64,000 bases of DNA from Candidatus Zhuqueibacterota bacterium (GCA_049322915.1 JBMOPW010000016.1:259610-323609), one strand, 5' to 3'; positions 19,431 to 30,237 are shown, numbered from the stretch's first letter. Notes: generated from the sequence alone by a model not told the origin. Translations and numbers: made by a program.

Positions 19431-21074
19431 TCAAAACGAAAAAAGGATTTGTCTTTTATACGCGCGCCACTTGCTTTCTGAAATATGCCGCACATCGTTC
19501 ATCGGGGATAACACGATATCCGTCCCTTTCATCTGGTAGACGCCGGGCTGAAGAGGGCTCAAATCGAAAGACCGCTCAAAATGAATTTCCTCATCTGTTT
19601 CGCAGCCCAGGATCAACGGCCCGTGTCGGAACGTGTGATAATTCCGGATGCTGTTCCGGTTGAGCACGCTCTGGGTCTGGCACGTCACATCCGCATGCAA
19701 TTCCAGCCGATCCCCCTTTTTGAGTTCGCAGACACATTCGACAAAGTTATTTTGCAACGAATAGGGCATTGCCTTGCCATTGAAAGCCAGCGAGGCGGCT
19801 GTCAGCCAGGTCGGCAGAAATAGCCGCAGGCGAATGGGCGAGCAGGCAGTGGATTCCAGAATCTCGAGTCGAACGCTGCCTTCGTATGGATAGCCGGTCG
19901 TCTGCTGTATCCGCACGATGTCGTCGCGCAACTGCAGTGTGGCCTGGTTATCGAAATAGAAGGGGAGGTAAATCACATCGTCATCGACGAAGTACAACGA
20001 CTCAACCGCTCGGGCAAAAAATTCACCGCCGCGCATGGTACAGCACCAGTGGGCTTCGTAATTATTGAAAGCGATGAAGGGATTGGTCGAGCCGGCGCAG
20101 GTATCGCAGCCAAATCCGCCGTTTGCGCGCTGCCCGTGAGAGATGGCGTTGAAGTAGATCAGGTGCGCATCTTCAAGGTAGCCGGGCTCTCCGGTGAATC
20201 GCCACAGAGACACGGCGACGATGAACGCGTCGATCATGCCGCACGGCTCTGTCCATTCCGGCCGGCCGAACCAGGCGTAATTGGCATAATTTTCTGTCAT
20301 GGCTTCGGTGCGATAGAGGTGATAAATTTCCCTGGTTCTTTCCAGTAAAAGGCTATCCCTGGTCTGCTCGTAATGTCTCAGCAGACCGCGCAGCGCGGTG
20401 AGCACCGCGTGAGTTTGCGCTTGTATTTGAGCTATATCCATTTCCAAAAATCGCTGAATCATGGTTTCTGTTAACTGACGCAGATCATTGGATAAAAATA
20501 TTTTGTAGGCGTGAGTCAGCCCATCCAGGGCCAAAAAGGCGCAGCCGACGTCCGAGGAAAGCTGCCAGTTGTCCACTGTGCCCGGGATGAGGTTGCCGGC
20601 TTCCATGCCCTCGGTTTTTCTGACCGATGGACCCAGAGGATATTCCGCGATGAATCGCCGGGTTGGGAGATACAGATTCTTGACAAGATTCTGAAGCGTG
20701 GCATACGCCTGCGCATCCCGCTTCCAGAGATAATATTCGATGAGTCCGCGCACAACCCAATGCTGACCAGCAAATTGCTGTTCGTCCACGAAATTGCTGG
20801 CGCGCACCTTGCCGAAGTAACCCTGCTTGTTCATCTGTTTAGGAAATAATGAAATGATTTTGTCCAGATAGTGGCTCTCGCGGTGCGTGGCCTGCGAGAG
20901 CAATGTCAGAGCCAGCACGGTGCGGCCCTCAAAATCGCCGGGCCAGGAGTAGCTTGATTCGCGAAACACCTGTGGGATCTGATAGCGGGACTCTTCCAAT
21001 CGGTCGAAGTTTTTCAGAGCGCGGTTCAACAGGTCGCCCTGGATGGAGATGGATTTTAACGGAACGGATTTCAT
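19431..21074 (-). CDS. Divergent GH127-like protein
   Basis: WTEPC and HWCCT Zn/Cys motifs, QTTGYPYEG beta domain, HGPLIL; no signal peptide. Confidence 0.7.
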   Translation of the reverse strand: MKSVPLKSISIQGDLLNRALKNFDRLEESRYQIPQVFRESSYSWPGDFEGRTVLALTLLSQATHRESHYLDKIISLFPKQMNKQGYFGKVRASNFVDEQQFAGQHWVVRGLIEYYLWKRDAQAYATLQNLVKNLYLPTRRFIAEYPLGPSVRKTEGMEAGNLIPGTVDNWQLSSDVGCAFLALDGLTHAYKIFLSNDLRQLTETMIQRFLEMDIAQIQAQTHAVLTALRGLLRHYEQTRDSLLLERTREIYHLYRTEAMTENYANYAWFGRPEWTEPCGMIDAFIVAVSLWRFTGEPGYLEDAHLIYFNAISHGQRANGGFGCDTCAGSTNPFIAFNNYEAHWCCTMRGGEFFARAVESLYFVDDDVIYLPFYFDNQATLQLRDDIVRIQQTTGYPYEGSVRLEILESTACSPIRLRLFLPTWLTAASLAFNGKAMPYSLQNNFVECVCELKKGDRLELHADVTCQTQSVLNRNSIRNYHTFRHGPLILGCETDEEIHFERSFDLSPLQPGVYQMKGTDIVLSPMNDVRHISESKWRAYKRQILFSF

Positions 21075-21150
21075 ACAAAAGCTCCTTAGTACACCATTTC
21101 ATAAATTTTTATAGGGTTTGAAAATTTTAATAACTGCATTAATAGAATGC

Positions 21151-21228
21151 TGTCTTTCCCGCATGTTTTAAGCGGGAATCCATTTTGTGGATGCCCGATA
21201 GTCCGTCAGCTGACGGACGGGCAGGACA
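21151..21228. repeat. Composite REP-like palindromic element
   Basis: tgtctttcccgc..gcgggaatcca..tggatgcccg..cgggcaggaca, enclosing a perfect 18-bp palindrome gtccgtcagctgacggac (21201-21218). Confidence 0.65.
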
Positions 21229-21265
21229 ACCTACTCTACAAGAAATTGTGAAACGCTGTACTTGT

Positions 21266-22423
21266 TCAAAGGTGAGAATAGCCGGTCAATTCCACGTACC
21301 CGTGTCCCTGCAGCGGCGCGCCGGCCTGCGAGCCCTGCACGCGCACTGCGCCTTCCCAGTAACGAATGGTCGCGTTTAATTCCTGATTTTTAATCAGGGG
21401 AGTCACCGTCACGTCAAGCTGCGCATCCGGCACGCGCAATCGCCAGCCGGATGGGTAGCGTGCTGAGCCGGGACTGTCCCAATAATCGAGCACATCCAGC
21501 GCAACCTGCCGGAGCGATAACGGACGATAGCGGCCCTTCGGGTCGATGAGCGTCCCGTGACTGAACCGGTCGATGCTGCCGTCCCGCCGGCGAATGCGAT
21601 AAAACATCACGTCCCAGCCGTTATCCAGTTGGAGCGAAAACCAGTCCCAGCCGACCTGGTCCTGGCCGAGCGCCGATGTGCTCCACTCGCGGTCCAGCCA
21701 GGCGCTCCCGACGACCGGATGCTGTTTTTCATCTATGGCAATTTCGCCCCGGACTGCCAGCCGCGTCAATGAGTAGTAATAAGAAGCGTTGCCGGCATCC
21801 TCGCCTTTTTGACTGAGGCCGCGATTTCCGTGAAGCGCCACAGGTTTTTTATTGGTGAGTGTCAGCGAAGCCCGAACCGGATCTGCCTCACAGTCGATCT
21901 GAAGAGTCGTTGTTGAATCGATGAAATCCGCGCTGCCGGAGTGCGCTGACCAGTTTTCCAGCCAGATGCGGAACGGCTGCGCCTGGGCGCCGGCCAGCCC
22001 TGGTGCGCCGCGACTGAATCGCTCGAAGAAATAGAAGCGGTTGGCAGCCGCATCGGTCACAGTGAAATGCGCCATGTAAATCTGATTGGTCGCCCATGCT
22101 GACGTCCGGCGCAGGGAATCCGGAGTGAGCGCGCTGCGAAAGAGGGTGAATTGAAATCCGAAACGCTCGCCAGCCGGATTGGCGGCGTTGCCTGTGAAAT
22201 ACCACCACTCGGATTGAAAGTCCGGATGAGGTCCGTGATCCCGGGGAAAAGAGAACTCGCGCACAATATCCGCTTTTTCAAAGCCGGCAGTCACGGACTC
22301 GCCCAAAATATCTGTCACGTCAAAATGCGTTTTCAATTCGGTGCGGTCCTGTTTCATCAGCAACAGCGAGGCGATGAGAAACAGAATCAAAATCAGCGCT
22401 AAAAATAAAAGAATACGTTTCAT
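21266..22423 (-). CDS. AttH/CrtC-like lipocalin-domain (secreted hydrolase-like) protein
   Basis: FPRDHGPHPDF..EWWY, WLDREWS, GWDWFSLQL, YWEGAV, GYVELTGY. Confidence 0.85.
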   Translation of the reverse strand: MKRILLFLALILILFLIASLLLMKQDRTELKTHFDVTDILGESVTAGFEKADIVREFSFPRDHGPHPDFQSEWWYFTGNAANPAGERFGFQFTLFRSALTPDSLRRTSAWATNQIYMAHFTVTDAAANRFYFFERFSRGAPGLAGAQAQPFRIWLENWSAHSGSADFIDSTTTLQIDCEADPVRASLTLTNKKPVALHGNRGLSQKGEDAGNASYYYSLTRLAVRGEIAIDEKQHPVVGSAWLDREWSTSALGQDQVGWDWFSLQLDNGWDVMFYRIRRRDGSIDRFSHGTLIDPKGRYRPLSLRQVALDVLDYWDSPGSARYPSGWRLRVPDAQLDVTVTPLIKNQELNATIRYWEGAVRVQGSQAGAPLQGHGYVELTGYSHL

Positions 22424-22828
22424 GCAACCAAGTCATTGAAGTGAATTTTTCGGACGAAATAGCCTCGTACAAAATTCCCGGTCGGGCGACGATGGTCTTG
22501 GCGAAGCAGTGTAATCCGGCGAAAGCACCCGAGTGAAATTTTATTTTGAAAGGTTTGATCCGCGAACTTTCGACAGACGAAATCGACTCCGGCCAACAAT
22601 CCGCGTCGTGATTCGCTCCGCCGGTTTTTTTTCGAAGAAAAGGTAATATTTATTTTTGTCATTTGAAAGAAAAATTTCAATTTCGCACAGGTTGAGATGA
22701 ATTTTCAAAGGGTGTTTTTATGAATTGGGTGTATTGCAGAATCAAACTGGGAACGGTGAGATAGCGACCGGATGTCGCTGCTCTGCCCCGCTGAAAAGAA
22801 AAGGTGGTCTGTAGCGGGCAGGTTCAGT

Positions 22829-25396
22829 TCATTCTTCGCGCAGAGCAATGGCTGGTGAGGTTCGGGACATTTTATAGGCGGGGTAAAGCCCGGCCAGAAT
22901 GGCTGCCACCAGCGCCAAAAAAATTGCGCGAATCATCAGATTGGGCATCCAGTCGAATTGAATGCTCCACCCAAACGACCGCTCATTAATCACGCGGATG
23001 AGGACGAGCGCCAGGATATTTCCAATGGGCAGAGAGAACAGCCCGGACATAAATCCCATCAATCCGGTTTGCAGGAAAACCAATTTCCAGAGTTGCCCCG
23101 GCGTGAGGCCATTGGCGCGCAAAATTCCAAATTCTCGGCTGCGCTCCAGTTGCAGGGCCATCAACGCGCTGAGTACGCCGACGAACGCGACCACAATGGC
23201 CAGCGTTTGCAGCACGTAGGTGATTAAAAAGGTACGGTCGAAAATCTGGACAGAGGCATTGAGCAATGCAGTGTTCGATTGAATATAAATCTCTTCGCCG
23301 GGAGGGGTGAGCGCGCGAACCTTCGCCTTCAATTCCCCGATGTCCGTCTGTTCATTGGCATAAATCAAAATCCCGGTCAGGCGAGGATCGTCCCAATATT
23401 TCAGGTATGTATGGTGCGCCATGGACACCAGTCCCTGATCCGTGCCGTAATCGTAATACACGCCCACGACTTTGAACTGCTTTTCGCCGCGGTCGGTGGG
23501 CAGCGACAGCTTTTCACCAACGCTCACATTGTGGCGATAGGCAAATGGTTCGGAGACAATGATCGCCTCTTCGTTTTGATAGGCTGCCCAGGCCTGGTTG
23601 GGGTCGCCGGATTTGAACATGAAATTCTTGTACCGATGCGCCCCGATCTTTGCGGTGAGAATGATGACCGGCCCTTCAGGCGTGTTGATCTGGACCTCGC
23701 GATAGTAATTGAGGTATTTCACTTCCGGCAGGTCGGCCAATCGTTCCGCCAGAGATGGGTGAATGGTGGCGTCGCTCTGCCGCGAGATGAATCCCGGCGC
23801 GGCGATGTAAATATCCGCGGAGAGGATATTTTCCAGCCAGTGAATGACGGTGCCGCGGAACGAATTGATCATGGTGCCCACGCCGATGGTCGTTGCTACG
23901 GCAATGCTGAGCGCGGCAATGGCCACAGACGTCCGGCTGATCTGAGCCAGGACGCTCCGCGCAGCCATTCGCCCAAGAATTCCGAACATCCGGCCCATGA
24001 GCGGATTGACCAGTCGGATAAATACGATGATCCAGAGTGGCGTGAGCATGGAAATGCCAATGACCAGCGGGATCAGTCCGCTGTAGCTCATCAAAATATT
24101 CTTGTTGGGAATCCATAAAATGGCGGCGCCGATGAGGCTGAGGCCTATTCCGGCCAGCGAGATGGGCCTGATTTTTTCTTTCAGCGACGTCTCAACCACG
24201 GATCGGCTGAGCACAACCCGCGGCGGCGCAGCGGTAGCCTCCCGCGCCGGTTTCAGCGCGGCCAGAATCGTGGCGCCTGTGCCCAGGATGAATCCTTTGA
24301 ACAGGCTCCAGTGGGAGATTTCGAACGAACGGACAGTCAGCACAAAATAAAGATCATTGATCGATTGGGTGACCAGGTGGATCAATCCCCGGCCTAACAC
24401 GATGCCAATCAGGATGCCAACGGCTGTGCCGATGAGCCCTAAAACGAGCGCTTCGTTCAGAATCAGCATGAAAATCTCGCGCCGGGTGACGCCGATGGAG
24501 CGGAAAAGTCCAATGATGGAGCGACGCTGCACCACCGAAAACGTCATGGTGTTGTAAATGAGGAACATGCCAACGATGAGGGCTAACAAACTCATGGCCG
24601 TCAAATTGAGATGAAACGCGCTCACCATTTTCTCCGCAGTCTCGATGCGGGAATCGGACGCCAGCATCTGCGCGCCGGGCGGCAGCAGTGATTTGAGCGC
24701 GTCGAGGCTGGGCTCCGGATGAGTCGCCGGGGCAATGATGTCAATCCGTGTGATTCGGTCTTCCATGTTCAGCAATTCCTGGGCTGTGGCGATGTCGCAC
24801 ACCAACACATTCTCGAGGATATTTTTTGTGCGGCTATCCAGCGGGGTGATGGCGCCGGCCAGAAAGGCCTGTTTATGAATGCCGTTGAATGCGAGCGTCA
24901 CCGTGTCGCGGACGGCTATTCCCATGGCCTGCGCGGCAAAGGAGGACATCCACAGCGCGCCGGGCCGGGTGAGCATTTCCGAAAGGATGGCGGGATTGGT
25001 TCGCAACTCCGATTGATTCAGGAAATTGCGGAACGGCGTTTCGGCGAACGGGTCGATTCCCAGTAACGTGAACGTCGCCGGCGAATTGCCTTCCAAAATC
25101 ACGGGCTGTTCCAGCACCGGGGCCATCTGCGGCAGGCCGGGTGTTGTCTTCAACGTCGTGTAAAGCGATTGGGCCAGTCCGGCAGGTCCGCCAATGATCT
25201 GGTGGGTGGCTTTTCCGGTGATGCTCTGCATGGAATTTTTAAAAGCGTTTTCAGCGCCCTGATTGGCCAGATCGATGGCAACCACCATGGCAACGCCCAG
25301 GGCGATTCCCAGGATGGAAAGCACTGTCTGCCAGGGGTGATGCATGAGATAGCGAAAGCTGGATTGTGTGAGTGTATGTCGATTCATCTGTACCAT
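22829..25396 (-). CDS. ABC transporter permease, double FtsX/MacB type (AttF/AttG-like)
   Basis: Two MacB/FtsX modules (SVVQRRSIIGLFRSIG; ERSREFGILRANG). Confidence 0.88.
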   Translation of the reverse strand: MVQMNRHTLTQSSFRYLMHHPWQTVLSILGIALGVAMVVAIDLANQGAENAFKNSMQSITGKATHQIIGGPAGLAQSLYTTLKTTPGLPQMAPVLEQPVILEGNSPATFTLLGIDPFAETPFRNFLNQSELRTNPAILSEMLTRPGALWMSSFAAQAMGIAVRDTVTLAFNGIHKQAFLAGAITPLDSRTKNILENVLVCDIATAQELLNMEDRITRIDIIAPATHPEPSLDALKSLLPPGAQMLASDSRIETAEKMVSAFHLNLTAMSLLALIVGMFLIYNTMTFSVVQRRSIIGLFRSIGVTRREIFMLILNEALVLGLIGTAVGILIGIVLGRGLIHLVTQSINDLYFVLTVRSFEISHWSLFKGFILGTGATILAALKPAREATAAPPRVVLSRSVVETSLKEKIRPISLAGIGLSLIGAAILWIPNKNILMSYSGLIPLVIGISMLTPLWIIVFIRLVNPLMGRMFGILGRMAARSVLAQISRTSVAIAALSIAVATTIGVGTMINSFRGTVIHWLENILSADIYIAAPGFISRQSDATIHPSLAERLADLPEVKYLNYYREVQINTPEGPVIILTAKIGAHRYKNFMFKSGDPNQAWAAYQNEEAIIVSEPFAYRHNVSVGEKLSLPTDRGEKQFKVVGVYYDYGTDQGLVSMAHHTYLKYWDDPRLTGILIYANEQTDIGELKAKVRALTPPGEEIYIQSNTALLNASVQIFDRTFLITYVLQTLAIVVAFVGVLSALMALQLERSREFGILRANGLTPGQLWKLVFLQTGLMGFMSGLFSLPIGNILALVLIRVINERSFGWSIQFDWMPNLMIRAIFLALVAAILAGLYPAYKMSRTSPAIALREE

Positions 25397-25430
25397 GTGT
25401 TGTAACGATTGTCGGGATCCTGACTGCTGA

Positions 25431-26150
25431 TCAGATTGAATTCCCTGAGATATCCAACAGGCGCCCGTCGCGAATGGACAAAATTCGGTCGGCCAATCCG
25501 ATGACCTCTTTGCTATGCGTCGCCATGATCAATGTCTTGCGCTGCTCTCTCACGAGTTGATCCAGCAAACCAATGACCTGCTGGCCGGTATCGGCGTCGA
25601 GATTGCCGGTGGGTTCGTCGGCAAGGAGAATGGTTGGGTCGTGAACGAGCGCGCGCGCGATGGCGATGCGCTGCTGCTCGCCCCCGGACAGCCGGTCCGG
25701 ATAACTCGATTCGCGACCGCGAAGCCCGACTTTCTCCAGCATGTCCGCCACGCGATGATCGGCCTTTTTACCGGTTTTGCCATTCAGTTCCAGCGGCAGT
25801 TTGAGATTTTCTTCAACAGTCAGCGTCGGGATCAGATTGAAAAATTGAAAAATGAATCCAATATGACGTCGTCGGAACACGGTTCGTTCGTATTCAGTGA
25901 AGCGAGTCATGTTCCTGTTTTCGATGAAGACTTCCCCGTAATTCGCCACATCGATACCGCTGATCAGGTTCAACAAGGTCGATTTCCCTGAGCCGCTCTT
26001 CCCCAACAGAATGGTGAGTTCGCCGGGATAGATGGAGAAATTCACGTTCTCCAGCACCCGCCGTTCATTGACGCCTTCGTGGTATGTCTTGCAAATATCA
26101 CGAAGCTCGATGATGGGCGCGCTGACTGATATGTGATGTTCGTTTGTCAT
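25431..26150 (-). CDS. ABC transporter ATP-binding protein (LolD/YbbA-like)
   Basis: GKSGSGKS, LSGGEQQR, LADEPTGNLD. Confidence 0.93.
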   Translation of the reverse strand: MTNEHHISVSAPIIELRDICKTYHEGVNERRVLENVNFSIYPGELTILLGKSGSGKSTLLNLISGIDVANYGEVFIENRNMTRFTEYERTVFRRRHIGFIFQFFNLIPTLTVEENLKLPLELNGKTGKKADHRVADMLEKVGLRGRESSYPDRLSGGEQQRIAIARALVHDPTILLADEPTGNLDADTGQQVIGLLDQLVREQRKTLIMATHSKEVIGLADRILSIRDGRLLDISGNSI

Positions 26151-26238
26151 TCGCTCGTTATTTTAGTCATACAATTCCAAATCAAATAAATCAGGACTGT
26201 TTAATCATTTGTAGTACGATAGACATGCAATCCATTCC

Positions 26239-26269
26239 CCGCGCTGGACAAATATCCGGCGCGATCATG
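26239..26269. repeat. REP-like hairpin repeat, copy 2
   Basis: ccgcgctggacaaatatccggcgcgatcatg, same orientation as copy 1. Confidence 0.75.
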
Positions 26270-26478
26270 AAGTGAAACAGCCAGAATAAAACTAACTAAC
26301 TCGAATTTCAGGTTAAAGTTCCTGCTGCCTGTGGTTCGAAAAGTAGTCGCCGGAGGATTGAAGGAGCGGTACGCCATGAAAAAAGCTGGAAAATGATTAG
26401 GATTTTCAATATTTTTTACTTATATTTCAGGCCATTTTTGGAGTAAAAATTTCATTCGATTAACTTAAGGAGAACATA

Positions 26479-27495
26479 ATGAAAAAAGCGTTGCTTGTTC
26501 TGGCACTGGTGATAGTCATGCTTGCTGGTTGCGGGAAAAATTCCGAAGTCGTCAAATTGACGCCGGGTACGCCGTTGTACGAACTTGCCAAAGAGCTTTC
26601 TGGCAAAATTCCTGTTTTGGATCCGGACAAAAATGATATCATTGTGAAGACAAAGGGATTCAATGTCACCTCCGGCGAATTGATCGCATCATTGAAACGA
26701 AATTTTGGAAATCGTATTGATGGTTTGAAAAATCAGCCGGCAGAGCAGTTGAGCCAAATTCTGAAACAGCAGGCTGAGGGCTATGCGACGACGCAGATGC
26801 TGTTTCTCGCGGCAAAGAAAGCTCGCCTCTCCCCAAAAGAAACGGCTGTGGACAGCGTGCTGAATGTTCGATACCAGCGCTCCGGCGGTCAGGAGAAGTT
26901 CATCGCAGATCTGAAAACGAATGGGTTAACGGTTGAAGAGGTGAGAGAGGATATCAACAAGTTTTTGACGGTCAATACTTATCTGGATCGTGAACTGGCG
27001 GATGAAATTAAGGTGACGGATGAGGATATTCAAAAAGAATACGATCAGGAAAAAACTGCAACAGTCCGTCATATCCTGATGTTGACGCAGGGAAAGAACG
27101 AGACAGAAAAAATGGCTATTCGAAAGAAGATGGAAGAGGTATTGGCCCTGGCGCGAAACGGGGAGGATTTTGCTGAACTGGCTAAACAATATAGCGAAGA
27201 CCCCGGCTCGAAAGACAAGGGTGGCATCTATGAAAATTTCACCCGCGGCCGAATGGTCAAAGAGTTCGAAGACGCCTCATTCAATTTACCAATTGGATCG
27301 ATCAGCGACATCGTGGAAACGCGGTATGGCTTTCATATCATCAAAGTGATGGATCGGCAAAAAGAGACCCGGCCGATCGAAGATGTTCGGGAACAGATAA
27401 AGTCGAAACTGGATAACACCAAGAGACGGGATGCCTATCAATTTTTTGTCCAAAAACTGAAGCAGGACAATGGCTACGAACTGATTGGGCTGTAG
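26479..27495 (+). CDS. Parvulin-type peptidyl-prolyl isomerase lipoprotein (PrsA/SurA-like)
   Basis: Lipobox LAGC; VRHIL, FAELAKQYSEDPGS, GFHIIKV. Confidence 0.9.
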   Translation: MKKALLVLALVIVMLAGCGKNSEVVKLTPGTPLYELAKELSGKIPVLDPDKNDIIVKTKGFNVTSGELIASLKRNFGNRIDGLKNQPAEQLSQILKQQAEGYATTQMLFLAAKKARLSPKETAVDSVLNVRYQRSGGQEKFIADLKTNGLTVEEVREDINKFLTVNTYLDRELADEIKVTDEDIQKEYDQEKTATVRHILMLTQGKNETEKMAIRKKMEEVLALARNGEDFAELAKQYSEDPGSKDKGGIYENFTRGRMVKEFEDASFNLPIGSISDIVETRYGFHIIKVMDRQKETRPIEDVREQIKSKLDNTKRRDAYQFFVQKLKQDNGYELIGL

Positions 27496-27644
27496 GAGGG
27501 AGACTTCCCTGCGTTATCGGAGTCAGAGTTGATTCGGACGAACCTGCATTGCGGATTGGCCAATTGGAATTGATTTCCGGACGGACGCGGATCGTGGAAG
27601 TTGTTGAAGACAAGCACATCAGGAAATTCATTTTTCACATTGAG

Positions 27645-27672
27645 GAGCGCTGAAAAAACAGCGCTCTTTTTT
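27645..27672 (+). terminator. Intrinsic terminator
   Basis: gagcgctg-aaaaaa-cagcgctc followed by tttttt. Confidence 0.7.
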
Positions 27673-27723
27673 ATGTATAAAACAAACATGGCCGGGGTGA
27701 CAAAACTCGCGCCTGAACTGATT

Positions 27724-29037
27724 TCAGATGACAGTGCCAGCTTCGATCACGGTGCCTTTGGGAATAATGGTGATGCCATCGCGGATGCAGTACTGGTCGC
27801 AGGTGTAATCCGCCTGGCCTTTTTTTGATTGAATCACGACACCGTCGCCAATGCGGACATTTTTATCGATGATGGCACGCTCAATGGTGCAATGCCGACC
27901 AATTCCCAGAAGCGGATGGATGTTGCCGGGCGGCTCCAGGCGCGGGAGGAAATCCTCGCAGTCGAAATGGTCTGCGCCCAGCATGACCACCTCGGTCAGG
28001 CAGGAACCTTCGCGGACATTGCTGCGGATACCGATCACTGAATTCACGATGCGGGCGCCGGTGATGTCCGATCCTTCGACCAGCAGGCTATCGCGGATTT
28101 CGGATTGCACCACCCGACTCGGCGGCAAAGAACGGGCGCGCGTGTAAATTGGCCAGCCTGACGCATAGAGCGGGAACGGCGAGTTGCGTCGGGTCAATTC
28201 GATATTCGCATCGAAGAAGGAGGAGATTGTCCCGATGTCTTTCCAGTAACCGGAGAATGGATACACCGCGATGCGATGGTTGCGAAAAACGGACGGCAGG
28301 ACGTCTCTGCCAAAATCGGCGTGGGTCGTTGTTTCAAGGCAGTCGCGCAACCGCGCCGGATTGAAGATATAAATTCCCATGGAAACGAGCCGCTGGTTTG
28401 AATCGACGTGCATCCCCATGGTTCGGGTTAAATTTTTGGGTATTTTGAACCGGTCGATGATTTTGGAGTCATTCGTCTTTTCGACATAGTCGACAACCAT
28501 ACCGCGTTCATTGGCCTTGATCAGTCCAAATCGACGCACTTCAGTTTTAGGCACGGCGTACACGCAAATCGTGATGTCCGCATGCTTTTGGTGATGGTAG
28601 TTGATGAGCTTTTGATAGTCCATGCGGTAGAGATGATCCCCGGCGAGGATCAGAATGTGTTCGCTGTCGTAATGGGTGGTGTGATGGAGCGTCGCGCGGA
28701 CAGCATCGGCCGTGCCCTGGAACCAATCGCTGCCCGTGGCAGTTTGTTCGGCGGCCAGAATATCGAGAAAGCCATCGGTGAATTTGTCGAAGTGATACGT
28801 CTGCATGATGTGCCGATGCAGGCTTGCCGAGAGGAATTGGGTGAGGACGAAAATACGTTTGATGCCGGAATTGATGCAGTTGGAAATTGGAATGTCGATC
28901 AGGCGATATTTGCCGAGAAATCCCACGGCCGGTTTGGCGCGCTCATGGGTCAGCGGATAGAGCCTGGATCCGCGACCGCCTCCGAGAATGATTGCAGTCG
29001 TTTTATTCATAGTTTTCCTGTCAATTGAATGATTCAA
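27724..29037 (-). CDS. glgC: Glucose-1-phosphate adenylyltransferase
   Basis: ILGGGRGSRLYPLT..RAKPAV, WFQGTADAVR, GDHLYRMDY, YWKDIGT; the start may be 29010. Confidence 0.92.
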   Translation of the reverse strand: MNHSIDRKTMNKTTAIILGGGRGSRLYPLTHERAKPAVGFLGKYRLIDIPISNCINSGIKRIFVLTQFLSASLHRHIMQTYHFDKFTDGFLDILAAEQTATGSDWFQGTADAVRATLHHTTHYDSEHILILAGDHLYRMDYQKLINYHHQKHADITICVYAVPKTEVRRFGLIKANERGMVVDYVEKTNDSKIIDRFKIPKNLTRTMGMHVDSNQRLVSMGIYIFNPARLRDCLETTTHADFGRDVLPSVFRNHRIAVYPFSGYWKDIGTISSFFDANIELTRRNSPFPLYASGWPIYTRARSLPPSRVVQSEIRDSLLVEGSDITGARIVNSVIGIRSNVREGSCLTEVVMLGADHFDCEDFLPRLEPPGNIHPLLGIGRHCTIERAIIDKNVRIGDGVVIQSKKGQADYTCDQYCIRDGITIIPKGTVIEAGTVI

Positions 29038-29223
29038 TGCATCGGTGAACTGAGCACTCTCTACCTGCGGAATTCATCCGGCTGCTTCCGCCGGGGGATG
29101 ATTTCCGGCAATTCCATTCTGCGAAGCGGTGGCGCCCGATGAGAACGCACGAAAATCATGGTCTGCATTTGGGTTGAAGCGGCGCCGTGTTCAATTCGTT
29201 CGAACGACCAGGCGACGGATGCC

Positions 29224-30237
29224 CTATTCCATCAGCCCGCGCTGTTGCAGCGCCTTTTGCAGCAGCGGTTCAATTTGCCGGCGAATCGCTGCATTGGCAT
29301 AGCCGACCCAGGTGACTGGATGATCAACGACGAGCCGGGGATTCAAACGCTGCCCGTGTTCATCGGTGATGATGACGCCCAGTTCCCGCGCGATGAGCTC
29401 GGTGCAAATGTCGTAGGGATTGCAGCAAATTCCCGGCGACAGGGAGGTCTTGCTCAGAATTTTTTCCATCAGCGGACGAATGTCGGCGATGAACCGATCG
29501 TGACCGGCCATCAATTCGTAGAGTTGGCCGCCGGTGCTGATGTATTGATCTTCAAAACAGAGCGCCTTGCCGGGACGAACCGGCCCAAGGGCGCCAAGTA
29601 TTATCTCTTCATCGATCACAGCAAGCGTGTCGCGCACACCGGGAAAAAATCGTGAAACCGAAGCGAAGCCGTGGGCAATCGTCGGCGCGGTCGAGGGCGA
29701 GAGGACGATCTGCTGCGTTTCCCCGTTGAGCCGATTGAAGCGCTCCATCCGCACCGGTTGGTCCCGAATCACGGAAAGGCAATCGGATAAATATTGCTTC
29801 ACGAGCGGTATCTCCGTTTGAATCGCCAACTCGATGTCCTGCAGACCGGTGTTCGCGCCGCGATTGGGCGCCACCCCCGTCAGAATCCAGGCGCTCCGTT
29901 TCTGATACATCAGGCCGCGCGTCCCATCGATGGGGTCGATGATGACGCGCCAGGGGATTTTACTTTCATCTGTCCTCTCTGGCAGAACGAGGCAGCCGTC
30001 TTCGAGACCTTCGGCAATCAGGACAATCGGCGTCACCGGCGCGATTTCAGTCCGGAAAAAATCGATGATCACCTCTTCGCTCACCCGATCCACAGCGTAA
30101 ATGGTGTCCCCGATGGCGTCCCGCGCAACAGTCGCAAGATGATCCATTGAGCTTTGTTCGCATGCGCGGATCACTTCCTGGCGTATGCGGCGATGCAACT
30201 CCAAAATTTTATCCCTGAGAAACAGCAGCGTATTCAT
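29224..30237 (-). CDS. Inositol monophosphatase / FIG-superfamily phosphatase (atypical)
   Basis: [19 protein letters not shown]; start reassigned to ATG 30237 after ggag. Confidence 0.75.
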   Translation of the reverse strand: MNTLLFLRDKILELHRRIRQEVIRACEQSSMDHLATVARDAIGDTIYAVDRVSEEVIIDFFRTEIAPVTPIVLIAEGLEDGCLVLPERTDESKIPWRVIIDPIDGTRGLMYQKRSAWILTGVAPNRGANTGLQDIELAIQTEIPLVKQYLSDCLSVIRDQPVRMERFNRLNGETQQIVLSPSTAPTIAHGFASVSRFFPGVRDTLAVIDEEIILGALGPVRPGKALCFEDQYISTGGQLYELMAGHDRFIADIRPLMEKILSKTSLSPGICCNPYDICTELIARELGVIITDEHGQRLNPRLVVDHPVTWVGYANAAIRRQIEPLLQKALQQRGLME

